DNA of 64,000 nt from IMG/VR virus record IMGVR_UViG_3300023172_003539, positions 1-64,000 of that record; one strand, written 5' to 3'. Source of the DNA: a virus (lineage: Duplodnaviria > Caudoviricetes). Within the stretch, counting starts at the first letter, position 1. Each line of letters begins with the position of its first letter. A model generated the notes under the pieces. That model had not been told where the DNA came from, did not search any database, and saw only the letters and a list, made by a program, of their open reading frames with translations. Shown piece by piece: positions 36,789 through 46,184 of this stretch. The position numbers and the translations under genes were made by a program.

Positions 36789-37957
36789 TGAAAATATTTT
36801 ACATGGGTCTAGAACCATACGAAGGCAGATATACTCTACAACTACAAGAGTGGACTGAACGTGTGTATAAAAAAAGAGGTATAGACTATGTGGTTGTGCC
36901 AGGCACCACAATAGACGATACAAAAGCAATCAGTGTTGGACAAGTGCTTGACGCACACGGCAGATCATATTTTGGCATGAGCCAGATGATGAATCTTGTA
37001 CAGATGATGCGTAATGGTAGTGTCACAAGTAAAGACATTGTGTTCTTTGAAGACATGTTCCAACCAGGTATGGAGTCACTACCTTACATATTACACCAAG
37101 TGGAAGAAAAACACAGACCAACAATATACCTAAGATGTTTGGCACAAGCGATCGACCCAGATGACTTCGTACACGTGTGGGGCATGAGCAAGTGGATGAG
37201 TATGTACGAACAGATGTGTAATGAAATTCCTAATGTTCACATATTGGCCACCAATGAAGAAATGGTGGCACATATGCGTATAGCAAATTGGCGAGCACCC
37301 ATCTATAACATCTCGGGTTTGAGTTTTGGAAAACAAGAAGTGCTATCAAGAGTCAAATCAATAAAGCCTTTTGATCAAAGAGCAAAAAGAGTTTGTTTTG
37401 CGGCTAGATTTGATCAAGAAAAACAGCCAGACTTTTATATGGATCTGGCAACTAGAGTCAGAAAGCAAGATCCATCTGTTGAGTTTGCAGTTTTCTCAGG
37501 AGGACCTTTAAGAAGTAATAATGAAAAATACCTTACAAGAGCAAGAGAACTTGAATCCAAAGGAGATTTAAAAATTTACGAAAATTTGAAAAAAGATCAA
37601 TATTATGAACTGTTAGCAGATTCAAGAGTGCTGTTTAATTGTGCATTGCAGGACTGGGTATCAAACACAGTGTCAGAAGCAGACACATTAGGTTGCAACG
37701 TATTATTTCCAGCATACAGATCATTTCCAGAAACGTTTTCTAATGACAGGGATAGATTGTATATCCCATGGAGCCAAGAGGACGCATACCAAAAATTAAA
37801 TATTTTATTAATGAGGCCTCATAACAATATTGGCAAACTGTCAGATTGGACCGACGGAACAATCGATAGAATGATCGATATCATGACCGGAAAAGGCGAG
37901 CAATGGAGAAGAGATGGAAAACATTACAGAGACTGGGTCTCAGAATCTAAATATTAA
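36788..37957 (+). CDS. GT-B (GT4-like) glycosyltransferase
   Basis: VCFAARFDQEKQP, YYELLADSRVLF...QDWVSNTVSEADTLGC..LFP...SFPE. Confidence 0.85.
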   Translation: MKIFYMGLEPYEGRYTLQLQEWTERVYKKRGIDYVVVPGTTIDDTKAISVGQVLDAHGRSYFGMSQMMNLVQMMRNGSVTSKDIVFFEDMFQPGMESLPYILHQVEEKHRPTIYLRCLAQAIDPDDFVHVWGMSKWMSMYEQMCNEIPNVHILATNEEMVAHMRIANWRAPIYNISGLSFGKQEVLSRVKSIKPFDQRAKRVCFAARFDQEKQPDFYMDLATRVRKQDPSVEFAVFSGGPLRSNNEKYLTRARELESKGDLKIYENLKKDQYYELLADSRVLFNCALQDWVSNTVSEADTLGCNVLFPAYRSFPETFSNDRDRLYIPWSQEDAYQKLNILLMRPHNNIGKLSDWTDGTIDRMIDIMTGKGEQWRRDGKHYRDWVSESKY

Positions 37958-38954
37958 AGGAACTAATAAATCTGTATTAGTGGTCGGTGGTGCCGGATAC
38001 ATTGGTTCTCACACAGCAAAAGAATTAAAGAAAAACGGATACACTCCTGTTGTTGTAGATAGAGACATCACTTCCAAGCCATGGGCAACTCAATATGGTC
38101 CAGCCTATGAGTTAAATCTTCCACAAAACATCGAAACCATAGATGAGATTGTTAAAAGACACAACATTGACAGTTGTATACACTTTGCGGCTCACACTAA
38201 AGTTGGTGAAAGTGTAGCCGACCCATCAAAGTATTATATTAATAATGTACTAATGACGTTTAGATTAATTGAAAAATTAAAATCACTTGACGTAAACACA
38301 TTTGTTTTTAGTTCTAGTGCCGCTGTCTACGGAGTACCAGAAAATGGAACTGCATACGATACGCAAGAAAAACTACTTCCTATCAATCCATATGGTAGAT
38401 CAAAACTAATGATTGAACATATATTACAGGACTATCATCGTGCGTATGGATTTGCCAGTGTAAGTTTACGATATTTCAATGCCGCGGGTGCAGATGCTGA
38501 AGCAGAAATTGGAGAATTAAGAGAAGATGAATCACATATTATACCACTTGCCATCGAAGCAGGAAAAAATGTAAAAGAATTTAGATTATTCGGGACAGAT
38601 TTTGATACACCCGACGGAACCTGCGTCAGGGATTATGTACACGTAACAGATCTTGCTCACGGACACGTGCTGGCTTTACAAAAAGCTCATAAAGAAAAAA
38701 TATGTGCAAGTTATAATTTAGGATCTGGTATTCCAACCAGCAACAGAGAACTTCTAAATACTGTACAAAAATTTACAGGTGCTATGAAAATAAAAGAAGA
38801 AAATAGAAGACCGGGTGATCCTCCTGTGCTGGTAGCAGATATTTCTAGAACTACCAAAGAATTAAATTGGAAACCTACACAAAGTTCTATTGACAACATA
38901 GTAGGAACTGCTGTAAAATGGTACAATAAGATAAATCAAAAAAAGATAAATTAA
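37914..38954 (+). CDS. galE: UDP-glucose 4-epimerase
   Basis: GGAGYIGSH, HFAA..VGESV, SSSAAVYG, YGRSK, LRYFNAAGA, DGTCVRDYVHV. Confidence 0.95.
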   Translation: MENITETGSQNLNIKGTNKSVLVVGGAGYIGSHTAKELKKNGYTPVVVDRDITSKPWATQYGPAYELNLPQNIETIDEIVKRHNIDSCIHFAAHTKVGESVADPSKYYINNVLMTFRLIEKLKSLDVNTFVFSSSAAVYGVPENGTAYDTQEKLLPINPYGRSKLMIEHILQDYHRAYGFASVSLRYFNAAGADAEAEIGELREDESHIIPLAIEAGKNVKEFRLFGTDFDTPDGTCVRDYVHVTDLAHGHVLALQKAHKEKICASYNLGSGIPTSNRELLNTVQKFTGAMKIKEENRRPGDPPVLVADISRTTKELNWKPTQSSIDNIVGTAVKWYNKINQKKIN

Positions 38955-38955
38955 A

Positions 38956-39684
38956 ATGGATGAAAATATATTAAAAGATAGTTGGTTACCACCAAAACCC
39001 GTTAGCGAAGAAATCAAAGAAAGAATTAAAAAGGCCGGAAAAAGATTTTATGCGGCTGATAATATTAGCGAATTTATTGAATCGGGTGAAAAAGAAAAAT
39101 TAATTGACGAGTTGCAACAAAAATTCGAATCTGTTTTGGACAGTTTAATCATTGACAGGGAAAACGATCCCAACAGCAACGGTACAGGTAGAAGACTTGC
39201 TAAAATGTATGTTAATGAGATAATGTCTGGTAGATATTATCCAAAACCAGATGTGACAGCATTTCCAAACGAGGACGGAAGATATGATCAATTAATTGTG
39301 GTAAGAGCAGATATTAAAAGTATGTGTTCTCATCATCACCAACCGGTAACGGGAGTTTGTTATATCGGTTGTTTACCTGGCAAAAAACTGATAGGATTAA
39401 GCAAATACACAAGGATAGCACAGCATTTAGGACATAGAGGTCATTTACAAGAAGAATTAACGGAAATGATTGCCTATGAAATCACGAAACTAACCGACAG
39501 TCCGGCTGTGGGAGTTTATATACGAGCAAGACACGGCTGTTGTGAAAATAGAGGAATCAGAAGTGCCAACTCAAGCACACAGACCACAGTGTTAAAAGGA
39601 TTATTGAAAAATGATCCAGCACTGAAAAACGAATTTATGCACAATATACAATTACAAGAAACACAGTGTGGACCAATTGGGTAA
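38956..39684 (+). CDS. folE: GTP cyclohydrolase I
   Basis: SMCSHH, IGLSKYTR, LQEELT, HGC...RG. Confidence 0.95.
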   Translation: MDENILKDSWLPPKPVSEEIKERIKKAGKRFYAADNISEFIESGEKEKLIDELQQKFESVLDSLIIDRENDPNSNGTGRRLAKMYVNEIMSGRYYPKPDVTAFPNEDGRYDQLIVVRADIKSMCSHHHQPVTGVCYIGCLPGKKLIGLSKYTRIAQHLGHRGHLQEELTEMIAYEITKLTDSPAVGVYIRARHGCCENRGIRSANSSTQTTVLKGLLKNDPALKNEFMHNIQLQETQCGPIG

Positions 39685-39934
39685 AAAAAAGAAAACAAAA
39701 GAAAAACTAACATCAGACGGAATATGGTCTTATTCTGGAGATTATGGAGATCTTAATGTAGGAACATTATCCGAGTCAATGTCTGTTGATTTTGGTGATT
39801 TACACACACAACTGAATCTAGATTTTGATGATGAAAAATTAAAAAACAAATATCCTGCATTAAAAGATGCATGGGAACACTATAATAATGTATTAGATAT
39901 GTGTAGAGCAAAGGAAAAAGAAGATGAGAATTGA
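39668..39934 (+). CDS. Hypothetical protein
   Basis: 88-aa ORF; KYPALKDAWEHY. Confidence 0.6.
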   Translation: MDQLGKKKKTKEKLTSDGIWSYSGDYGDLNVGTLSESMSVDFGDLHTQLNLDFDDEKLKNKYPALKDAWEHYNNVLDMCRAKEKEDEN

Positions 39935-40982
39935 TTATAACATACATTTAGATTATTCGGATGTGTTATTACAACCAAAAAGATCTACGTTGAGTTCAAG
40001 ACGTGATGTAGATATATTGAGAGAATTTAAATTTAGAAATAGTGGCAAGACACTTTCATATGTGCCCATCATGGCATCAAACATGGATGGTGTTGGCACG
40101 TTTTCTATGGCAAGAGTGCTACAAGAATTTAAAATGTTGACTGTGATCAGGAAACACTATACCCTGGATGATTGGAAACAAGCCGCAGGCACAGGACTTA
40201 AATTCAAATATGTATCTGCCTGTGTTGGAACAGGTGCCATATGGGACGAGAACGCACAGGACTATCAAACACTCAAACAGGTAATGAGTGCATTTCCAGA
40301 CATACCTTGTATCACAATTGATGTTGCCAATGCTTATCATGAATCATTTGTGGACTTTGTTGATAGAATTAGAACAGAATATCCAGACAAAGTGATCATA
40401 GCAGGCAATGTGGTTACACCAAACATGACAGAAGAATTAATTATCAAAGGTGCTGATGTGGTCAAAGTTGGAATAGGTCCAGGCTCGGTTTGTACCACAA
40501 GAACACAAACAGGTGTAGGTGTTCCACAATTTTCAGCAATCATGGAATGTTCAGATGCCGCAAATGGAGTTGGTGGACACATCATTGCTGACGGTGGTTG
40601 TACACAACCAGGCGATGTTGCCAAAGCATTGGGCGGAGGTGCTCATTTTGTGATGTTGGGTGGAATGTTGGCAGGACACGATGAAGGTGAAACAGAATTA
40701 AGAGATGGCAAGAGATATTTTTACGGAATGAGTTCTCAAACAGCATTGGACACACACGGACAAAGAAAAGATGGATACAGAGGCACAGAAGGTAAAACCG
40801 TTGTATTGGATGACAAAGGTCCGGTCAAAGACACTGTGGAACAGATACTGGGCGGAGTGAGAAGCACCTGCACTTACATTGGAGCAAGAAGAATTAAAGA
40901 TATGCCCAAGGCGGCACATTTTGTTAGAGTTAATAATGTGATCAATAGAGTTTATGACAGATACGAAACTGACAACAAGTAA
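39924..40982 (+). CDS. guaC: GMP reductase
   Basis: PKRSTLSSR, SNMDGVG, IDVANAY, KVGIGPGSVCTTR, ADGG, FYGMSS; no CBS domains. Confidence 0.93.
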   Translation: MRIDYNIHLDYSDVLLQPKRSTLSSRRDVDILREFKFRNSGKTLSYVPIMASNMDGVGTFSMARVLQEFKMLTVIRKHYTLDDWKQAAGTGLKFKYVSACVGTGAIWDENAQDYQTLKQVMSAFPDIPCITIDVANAYHESFVDFVDRIRTEYPDKVIIAGNVVTPNMTEELIIKGADVVKVGIGPGSVCTTRTQTGVGVPQFSAIMECSDAANGVGGHIIADGGCTQPGDVAKALGGGAHFVMLGGMLAGHDEGETELRDGKRYFYGMSSQTALDTHGQRKDGYRGTEGKTVVLDDKGPVKDTVEQILGGVRSTCTYIGARRIKDMPKAAHFVRVNNVINRVYDRYETDNK

Positions 40983-41424
40983 ATTATACTTCACAAATAT
41001 ACAAATGAGGAATGCTCTCATTCAGATCGAAGACAAAATGGTTCACACTCCGTGGATGCCTACAGTGATTATGGGTATCAACAGAGGAGGTTGTATTCCT
41101 GGTGTATATTTGTCTCATAGATTAAAAGTTGCACACGAAGTACTTGATATTAGATTGAGAGATCATAAAAGCACACCTAACTTAAACAATCTAAAATCAA
41201 ATCATGAACAAGGTCATAGAATATTAATCATAGACGACATCAATGACAGCGGAGCAACATTTCAATACATCATTGACAACTTCGGAAAACATGACAACAT
41301 AAAATTTGCTTCTCTAATCAATAATAAACCATCACCGGTAAAAATGGATTTTCATGGTTACGATATTGATAAGGATACCAATCCACAATGGGTAGTATTT
41401 CCATGGGAAGAATGGGACAAGTAA
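40954..41424 (+). CDS. Purine phosphoribosyltransferase (Gpt/XGPRT-like)
   Basis: GINRGG, ILIIDDINDSGAT, WVVFPWE. Confidence 0.88.
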   Translation: MTDTKLTTSKLYFTNIQMRNALIQIEDKMVHTPWMPTVIMGINRGGCIPGVYLSHRLKVAHEVLDIRLRDHKSTPNLNNLKSNHEQGHRILIIDDINDSGATFQYIIDNFGKHDNIKFASLINNKPSPVKMDFHGYDIDKDTNPQWVVFPWEEWDK

Positions 41425-41498
41425 CGTCAAAGTTGTATTGACAACATCATATAAAAACTGTTAAAATATTGAACATTAACTAACCTATAGGAGGCTTA

Positions 41499-42146
41499 AT
41501 GTTTAAATCACTACTAGCAGGTGTAGATAAGACACTTGTAAGAAATCTAGTAATTCTACACACACTCGTTATCGCTGTGTCGAACTATCTAGTCACGATC
41601 AGATTTGATTTATTCCCCGGTGCGGATCTTCCATTATTTGGATCGTTTCCATTAGCGGCGGCGGCATTCACATTTCCGATTGTTGTAGTAGCAACTGACT
41701 TGACTGTAAGGTTGGTCGGCAAGGAAGCGGGAAGGGCCGTTGTAGCAATGGCGATCATTCCGGCTATCGTGGCATCAGTACTGGTACTGTTGGCACTGGG
41801 TGATCCACACGCATACAGAGTTGGATTCGCATCAGGTACAGCATACGCGATCGGTACCATGCTGGACGTGTACGTCTTCCAAGCGATCAGAGAAAGATCT
41901 GACAACTGGTGGGCGGCACCGGCACTTTCGACCATCGCGGCAAACATAATCGATACATACTCATTCTTTTATGTTGCGTTCGCAGGATCCCTCGACGCAG
42001 AGGGCAAACTGAGTTGGATTGGTGCCAACTGGCATATCGTTGCACAGAACAACACATTGACCAAGATTGTGGTTGGCTTGATAGTATTCTTACCAGCATA
42101 TGGTATACTATTGAACAGACTGCAAGTTATAGGCAAGAAAAAATAA
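41499..42146 (+). CDS. yhhQ: Queuosine-precursor (preQ0/preQ1) transporter, YhhQ/VUT family
   Basis: AVSNYLV, FTFPIVVVATDLTVRLVG...R, LDVYVFQ..R..WWAAP..ST..NIIDT..F..AF; AGGAGG SD. Confidence 0.9.
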   Translation: MFKSLLAGVDKTLVRNLVILHTLVIAVSNYLVTIRFDLFPGADLPLFGSFPLAAAAFTFPIVVVATDLTVRLVGKEAGRAVVAMAIIPAIVASVLVLLALGDPHAYRVGFASGTAYAIGTMLDVYVFQAIRERSDNWWAAPALSTIAANIIDTYSFFYVAFAGSLDAEGKLSWIGANWHIVAQNNTLTKIVVGLIVFLPAYGILLNRLQVIGKKK

Positions 42147-42152
42147 TCTCTA

Positions 42153-42174
42153 GGGGGGAGTTTTTTCTCCCCCC
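42153..42174. terminator. GC-rich hairpin after yhhQ (probable terminator)
   Basis: GGGGGGAG-TTTTTT-CTCCCCCC, 8-bp stem; no clear U-tract on the plus strand. Confidence 0.5.
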
Positions 42175-42175
42175 A

Positions 42176-42204
42176 TTGACTATGAAATTAAATAATGTTA
42201 TAAT
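42176..42204 (+). promoter_or_regulatory. Sigma70-type promoter with extended -10
   Basis: TTGACT-N17-TATAAT preceded by TG; ATG 6 nt downstream. Confidence 0.75.
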
Positions 42205-42210
42205 TGTATT

Positions 42211-42594
42211 ATGAAAGCAGGAAAAATTTGGGGAAACACGGAACTTGTACACGCAAATGGTGTGTTAGAATTCCATAGAATAGAATATAAAAAAGGCGGT
42301 GTTTGTTCTAAACATCTGCACGAATACAAATGGAACGGTTTTTTTGTTGAATCAGGAAAAATGAAAATTCGTGTATGGCAAAAAGATTACGATCTAGTAG
42401 ATGAAACAATATTAAATGCAGGAGACTTTACAAGAGTCAAACCTGGACTGTATCACTCATTCGAAGGTCTAGAAGACGGAGTTGCATTTGAACTGTACTG
42501 GGCGGAATTCAATCACAACGATATAAAAAGAGAATCAGTCGGTCATATCAAAACTGATAACGTAGTACGTTTGGACAAAAAGAAAGGGAAATAA
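42211..42594 (+). CDS. Cupin domain protein
   Basis: SKHLH...FFVESG...LNAGD...PGLYHSF. Confidence 0.85.
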   Translation: MKAGKIWGNTELVHANGVLEFHRIEYKKGGVCSKHLHEYKWNGFFVESGKMKIRVWQKDYDLVDETILNAGDFTRVKPGLYHSFEGLEDGVAFELYWAEFNHNDIKRESVGHIKTDNVVRLDKKKGK

Positions 42595-43616
42595 TGATCC
42601 CTATCAAAGGTTATGCAACCTTTCATCCTTTAAAACATTGTTTAATTGGGAAAAATTTTTCAAGCAACTTCTTTGAAAAAATTACAAAAAATACAAAAGT
42701 TTCTGATCCATTAAAAAAAATCGCCGATGAAACAGAAGAAGACTATCAAATACTCGAAAAACTTTTAAAAGATGCCGGTGTTGAAACACACAGACCAGAA
42801 TTTGACGAATCGTTGTATGACGGTAACTTTCATGGTAGACCTCCTGTGTGTCCTAGAGATCATTTTGGAGTGATCGGAGAAACTTTTTATGCCACACAAC
42901 CCACTAGTTTTTATTCTCATACATTAAAACAGATTGATCCAAAATCATTATTTTTACAAAACTGGGATTATGAAACAGCCATAGTTAGCACAGCAAATAT
43001 TTGTAGAGTCGGAAAAGACATATTCTGGGATAGAAAGATTACAAAATTATGGGATGGCACAGGAACAGAACAACAATGTATGGATCGTATCAATCAAATA
43101 AAAGAAAAATGGATCAATGAAGGATTTCGTGTACATGAATCAGACAGAGGATATCACTCGGACGGTGCTTTTTGTGTGGTCAAACCGGGCTGTATAGTAT
43201 CCTTGTTTGATGTACAGGATTATAAAACAGAATTTCCCAATTGGGACGTATTATATCTACCAGACCAATCATGGGACAAAATGAGTTCTTTTTTAAAAAT
43301 GAAAGAAAAGGTTGGAGGGAGATGGTGGTTAAAAGGAGAAGAACACAACAATCAATTAATAGAATTTGTCAATACTTGGCTAGATAAGTGGGTGGGTTTT
43401 GTTGAGGAAACTGTGTTTGATGTTAATATGTTATCTATCGATGAAAACACAATAATCTGTAACAATTATAACAAAGAAGTTTTTGAACATTTTAAAAAAC
43501 ACAAAATAGAACCAATCATATTTAATTTTAGACATCGATATTTTTGGGACGGTGGTGTACATTGTATCACACAAGATTTATACAGAGAAGGAACACAGGA
43601 GGATTATCTTGGCTGA
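42594..43616 (+). CDS. Amidinotransferase (pentein) family protein
   Basis: PRD, HSDG, FDVNML, GGVHCIT (Asp/His/Cys triad present). Confidence 0.85.
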   Translation: MIPIKGYATFHPLKHCLIGKNFSSNFFEKITKNTKVSDPLKKIADETEEDYQILEKLLKDAGVETHRPEFDESLYDGNFHGRPPVCPRDHFGVIGETFYATQPTSFYSHTLKQIDPKSLFLQNWDYETAIVSTANICRVGKDIFWDRKITKLWDGTGTEQQCMDRINQIKEKWINEGFRVHESDRGYHSDGAFCVVKPGCIVSLFDVQDYKTEFPNWDVLYLPDQSWDKMSSFLKMKEKVGGRWWLKGEEHNNQLIEFVNTWLDKWVGFVEETVFDVNMLSIDENTIICNNYNKEVFEHFKKHKIEPIIFNFRHRYFWDGGVHCITQDLYREGTQEDYLG

Positions 43617-43956
43617 CATATATCATATTTTCGCGGATCATAACAAAAATGTAGATGCCAAAGAATTTGCAAAAAAAATGAGAATTTTTTTAGACAAATT
43701 AGTAGAAATGAAAAGGATGAAAAGTTATCGTTTGACAAGAGCAAAATTGGGATTCCGTTCAATGAATTTACCAGAATTCCATGTGATGATGGAATTTGAC
43801 AATATGCAACAACTCGATGATGCCATGACCTCGGTAATACGCAACGAAGAAAGTATCGACGAATCACACGTGGCATTTAATCAATTAGTAGACACGGAAA
43901 CAATACAACATTTTTTGTATAGAGATTTTCCAGACGGAGTTGACCAATCTAAATAA
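43609..43956 (+). CDS. Dimeric alpha-beta barrel protein (DUF6614-like)
   Basis: AGGAGG SD before TTG; RLTRAKLGF...PEFHVMMEF...LYRDFPD. Confidence 0.65.
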   Translation: MADIYHIFADHNKNVDAKEFAKKMRIFLDKLVEMKRMKSYRLTRAKLGFRSMNLPEFHVMMEFDNMQQLDDAMTSVIRNEESIDESHVAFNQLVDTETIQHFLYRDFPDGVDQSK

Positions 43957-43968
43957 ACATAGTATTAT
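43940..43968 (+). promoter_or_regulatory. Sigma70-type promoter (queE)
   Basis: TTGACC-N17-TATTAT; ATG 6 nt downstream. Confidence 0.6.
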
Positions 43969-43974
43969 TATATA

Positions 43975-44868
43975 ATGGAAAAAAAATATTATTATTCAGA
44001 GATATTCTATTCGATACAAGGCGAAGGACATTATACCGGTATTCCCACTGCTTGGATACGTTTCTTCTTGTGTAATCTACAGTGCAACGGATTTGGACAA
44101 TTAAATCCAACCAATCCAGACACTTATGAATTGCCATTTGAAGAGTTTGATGTTTCTACTGTGACAAGAGTAGAGGATTTACCTGTATGGAATAAAGGAT
44201 GTGATTCGTCATACACTTGGGCAAAAAAATATAAACATTTAATGGGTCAGGCTACTGCATCGGAACTAGCAGACAAAGTCATTGATATATTAAAAAATGA
44301 TTCTAATCCAACAGGATCGTTTCTGCATCCTGTGTCTAGGCAACAACAACATCTTTGTATCACAGGTGGGGAACCACTTATGCCTCAGTCTCAAAAAGCA
44401 TTTATAGAAGTCTACAAAGAACTAGTGAAAAGAAATAACATACCGGAATCTATTACATTTGAAACTAACGGCACACAAAAACTCACAGATGAATTTAAAG
44501 AACTTGTTAGAACTATAGATACAGAGATATTTTTTTCAATATCACCTAAACTATGGACCGTAGCCGGAGAAAAACGAGAAAAAGCAATAAGGCCTGATAT
44601 AGTTAAGGAATACAGAGAATTATCATTACAAGGACAACTAAAATTTGTTCTAGGCAACAAAGACGAACAATGGAATGAAATGGAAGAGGTTCTGAAACTG
44701 TTTAGGTCGACAGGTATCGATTATCCTGTATGGATCATGCCAGTGGGTGCTAGGGAAGAAGAACAGTCAGCAACAGCAGGTGAAGTGGCAAAAAGAGCCT
44801 TCCAGAGAGGATATAATGTGGCGGCAAGAGTACACGTTCACTTGTTTGGTAATGCTATTGGAACATAA
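43975..44868 (+). CDS. queE: 7-carboxy-7-deazaguanine synthase (radical SAM)
   Basis: EIFYSIQGEG..TG.P..WIR...CNLQC...CDS, ITGGEP, ETNGT, SISPK, RVHV. Confidence 0.92.
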   Translation: MEKKYYYSEIFYSIQGEGHYTGIPTAWIRFFLCNLQCNGFGQLNPTNPDTYELPFEEFDVSTVTRVEDLPVWNKGCDSSYTWAKKYKHLMGQATASELADKVIDILKNDSNPTGSFLHPVSRQQQHLCITGGEPLMPQSQKAFIEVYKELVKRNNIPESITFETNGTQKLTDEFKELVRTIDTEIFFSISPKLWTVAGEKREKAIRPDIVKEYRELSLQGQLKFVLGNKDEQWNEMEEVLKLFRSTGIDYPVWIMPVGAREEEQSATAGEVAKRAFQRGYNVAARVHVHLFGNAIGT

Positions 44869-44869
44869 T

Positions 44870-44898
44870 TTGACAATAAACAAAAAAATATATATAAT
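44870..44898 (+). promoter_or_regulatory. Sigma70-type promoter
   Basis: Perfect TTGACA-N17-TATAAT; ATG 6 nt downstream. Confidence 0.8.
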
Positions 44899-44904
44899 AT
44901 AGAT

Positions 44905-45222
44905 ATGAAAGTTAAAAAAACTACAAAAAGTAAAAAAACTAAAAAAGACAAAAACAAAAGCGAAGAACCATGGGTCAAAGTATTGAACATGAATGTCAAT
45001 CCGGAGAATCCCAAGAATGGTTTTTTCGAGTTGGATTGGAATGACGAATTTGTGAATATGTTGAAGCAGAATGGTTACACAGGAGAATCACAGGAAGAGA
45101 TAGTAGATCGTTGGTTTCAATCTCTTTGTAGAACAATCGGCAATGAACAAGGTATGGATATTACCGGAGCCGGATATGTTCAGATCAACAGACGAGACGA
45201 CGGCAAAACCGAAGTATCGTAA
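44905..45222 (+). CDS. Hypothetical phage protein
   Basis: EPWVKVL...NGFFELDWNDEF...IVDRWF. Confidence 0.75.
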   Translation: MKVKKTTKSKKTKKDKNKSEEPWVKVLNMNVNPENPKNGFFELDWNDEFVNMLKQNGYTGESQEEIVDRWFQSLCRTIGNEQGMDITGAGYVQINRRDDGKTEVS

Positions 45223-45223
45223 A

Positions 45224-46168
45224 GTGGATCCACAAGTTTATATCTTTAATAGTGCAGGGTGTCATGGTCATTATTTGACATATCTAATTGATCGTCTGAG
45301 TAGGAAAACACCGGAACTGAAAGAACTTCCATTTAATAGTTTAGGAAACTCCCATCTCAAAGTAAATTACTCAGGATTTTCTCAATTTGTTGATTCTCAT
45401 AAACACACCGCGGCTATCGGTCTTTTAAATCAAAATATAATAAAACTTGTTTTTACAAATGATGTACTGTATTATGAACGGGCGGCCATGAACAGAGCCG
45501 AGGATTCGGATAGAGATATCAACAACATAAACAAAGACATATCGTTTTTAAAACAATACAACTTAGAATTTTATAACAAGATTCGTGAACTGTACTCTAT
45601 AAAAAATGACAACGTGCCCAAATGGATGTTGCGTGACGCATTCAAAATAGGATTCTTGGATTGGAAAAATCAGGGTAGTGTGAAAAGAGATAGAGAACAA
45701 ATCATATGGATGAATGAAAATTTCAAAAATAACAAATTGCACTTTACCCACGTGAATGTATTTTTTAGTTACGAATCTTTAAAAACAGAATTAGAAGAAC
45801 TAGATAAAAAATTTGATTTAGATTTAAATTTTGAGGAATTAGAAATGCTCTACAACGAGTTTTCAAAGAGAAATAAAATATTACATTCACATAGAAATAC
45901 GGACATGGTGTTAAATGCTGTACGTGATCACAAAGATATTTCCATTCCAAATTTGGATATAATACAACAGGCCTATGTTTATGCCCAACTAGAAAAATTA
46001 CATAGATTTATAGTGATGCCAATGACTGACTATTTTTTTACGACTACCGGTGAAATATTGGATTTTGTAAATCTATATCCCCAACACTATAAAGCAATGA
46101 ACCCTAATTTACCAACATTCAATAACATACCCAATCCGTTCTTTTTACATAGACAGAATAAAAAATAA
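45224..46168 (+). CDS. Hypothetical protein
   Basis: Likely GTG start just after the upstream stop; ~314 aa. Confidence 0.65.
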   Translation: MDPQVYIFNSAGCHGHYLTYLIDRLSRKTPELKELPFNSLGNSHLKVNYSGFSQFVDSHKHTAAIGLLNQNIIKLVFTNDVLYYERAAMNRAEDSDRDINNINKDISFLKQYNLEFYNKIRELYSIKNDNVPKWMLRDAFKIGFLDWKNQGSVKRDREQIIWMNENFKNNKLHFTHVNVFFSYESLKTELEELDKKFDLDLNFEELEMLYNEFSKRNKILHSHRNTDMVLNAVRDHKDISIPNLDIIQQAYVYAQLEKLHRFIVMPMTDYFFTTTGEILDFVNLYPQHYKAMNPNLPTFNNIPNPFFLHRQNKK

Positions 46169-46178
46169 ATGTTATAAT
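46150..46178 (+). promoter_or_regulatory. Sigma70-type promoter with extended -10 (rnh)
   Basis: TAGACA-N17-TATAAT preceded by TG; ATG 6 nt downstream. Confidence 0.7.
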
Positions 46179-46184
46179 ACTATT

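Noticed and set aside
41432-41462. Possible preQ1-I riboswitch upstream of yhhQ (GTTGT-ATTG-ACAAC hairpin followed by ATAAAAACT)
   Set aside because: The loop is only 4 nt and lacks the ligand-binding loop residues; the sequence coincides with the -35/-10 promoter
41909-42214. 101-aa alternative-frame ORF overlapping yhhQ
   Set aside because: An artefact of locally higher GC; it runs through the hairpin and promoter and has no motifs
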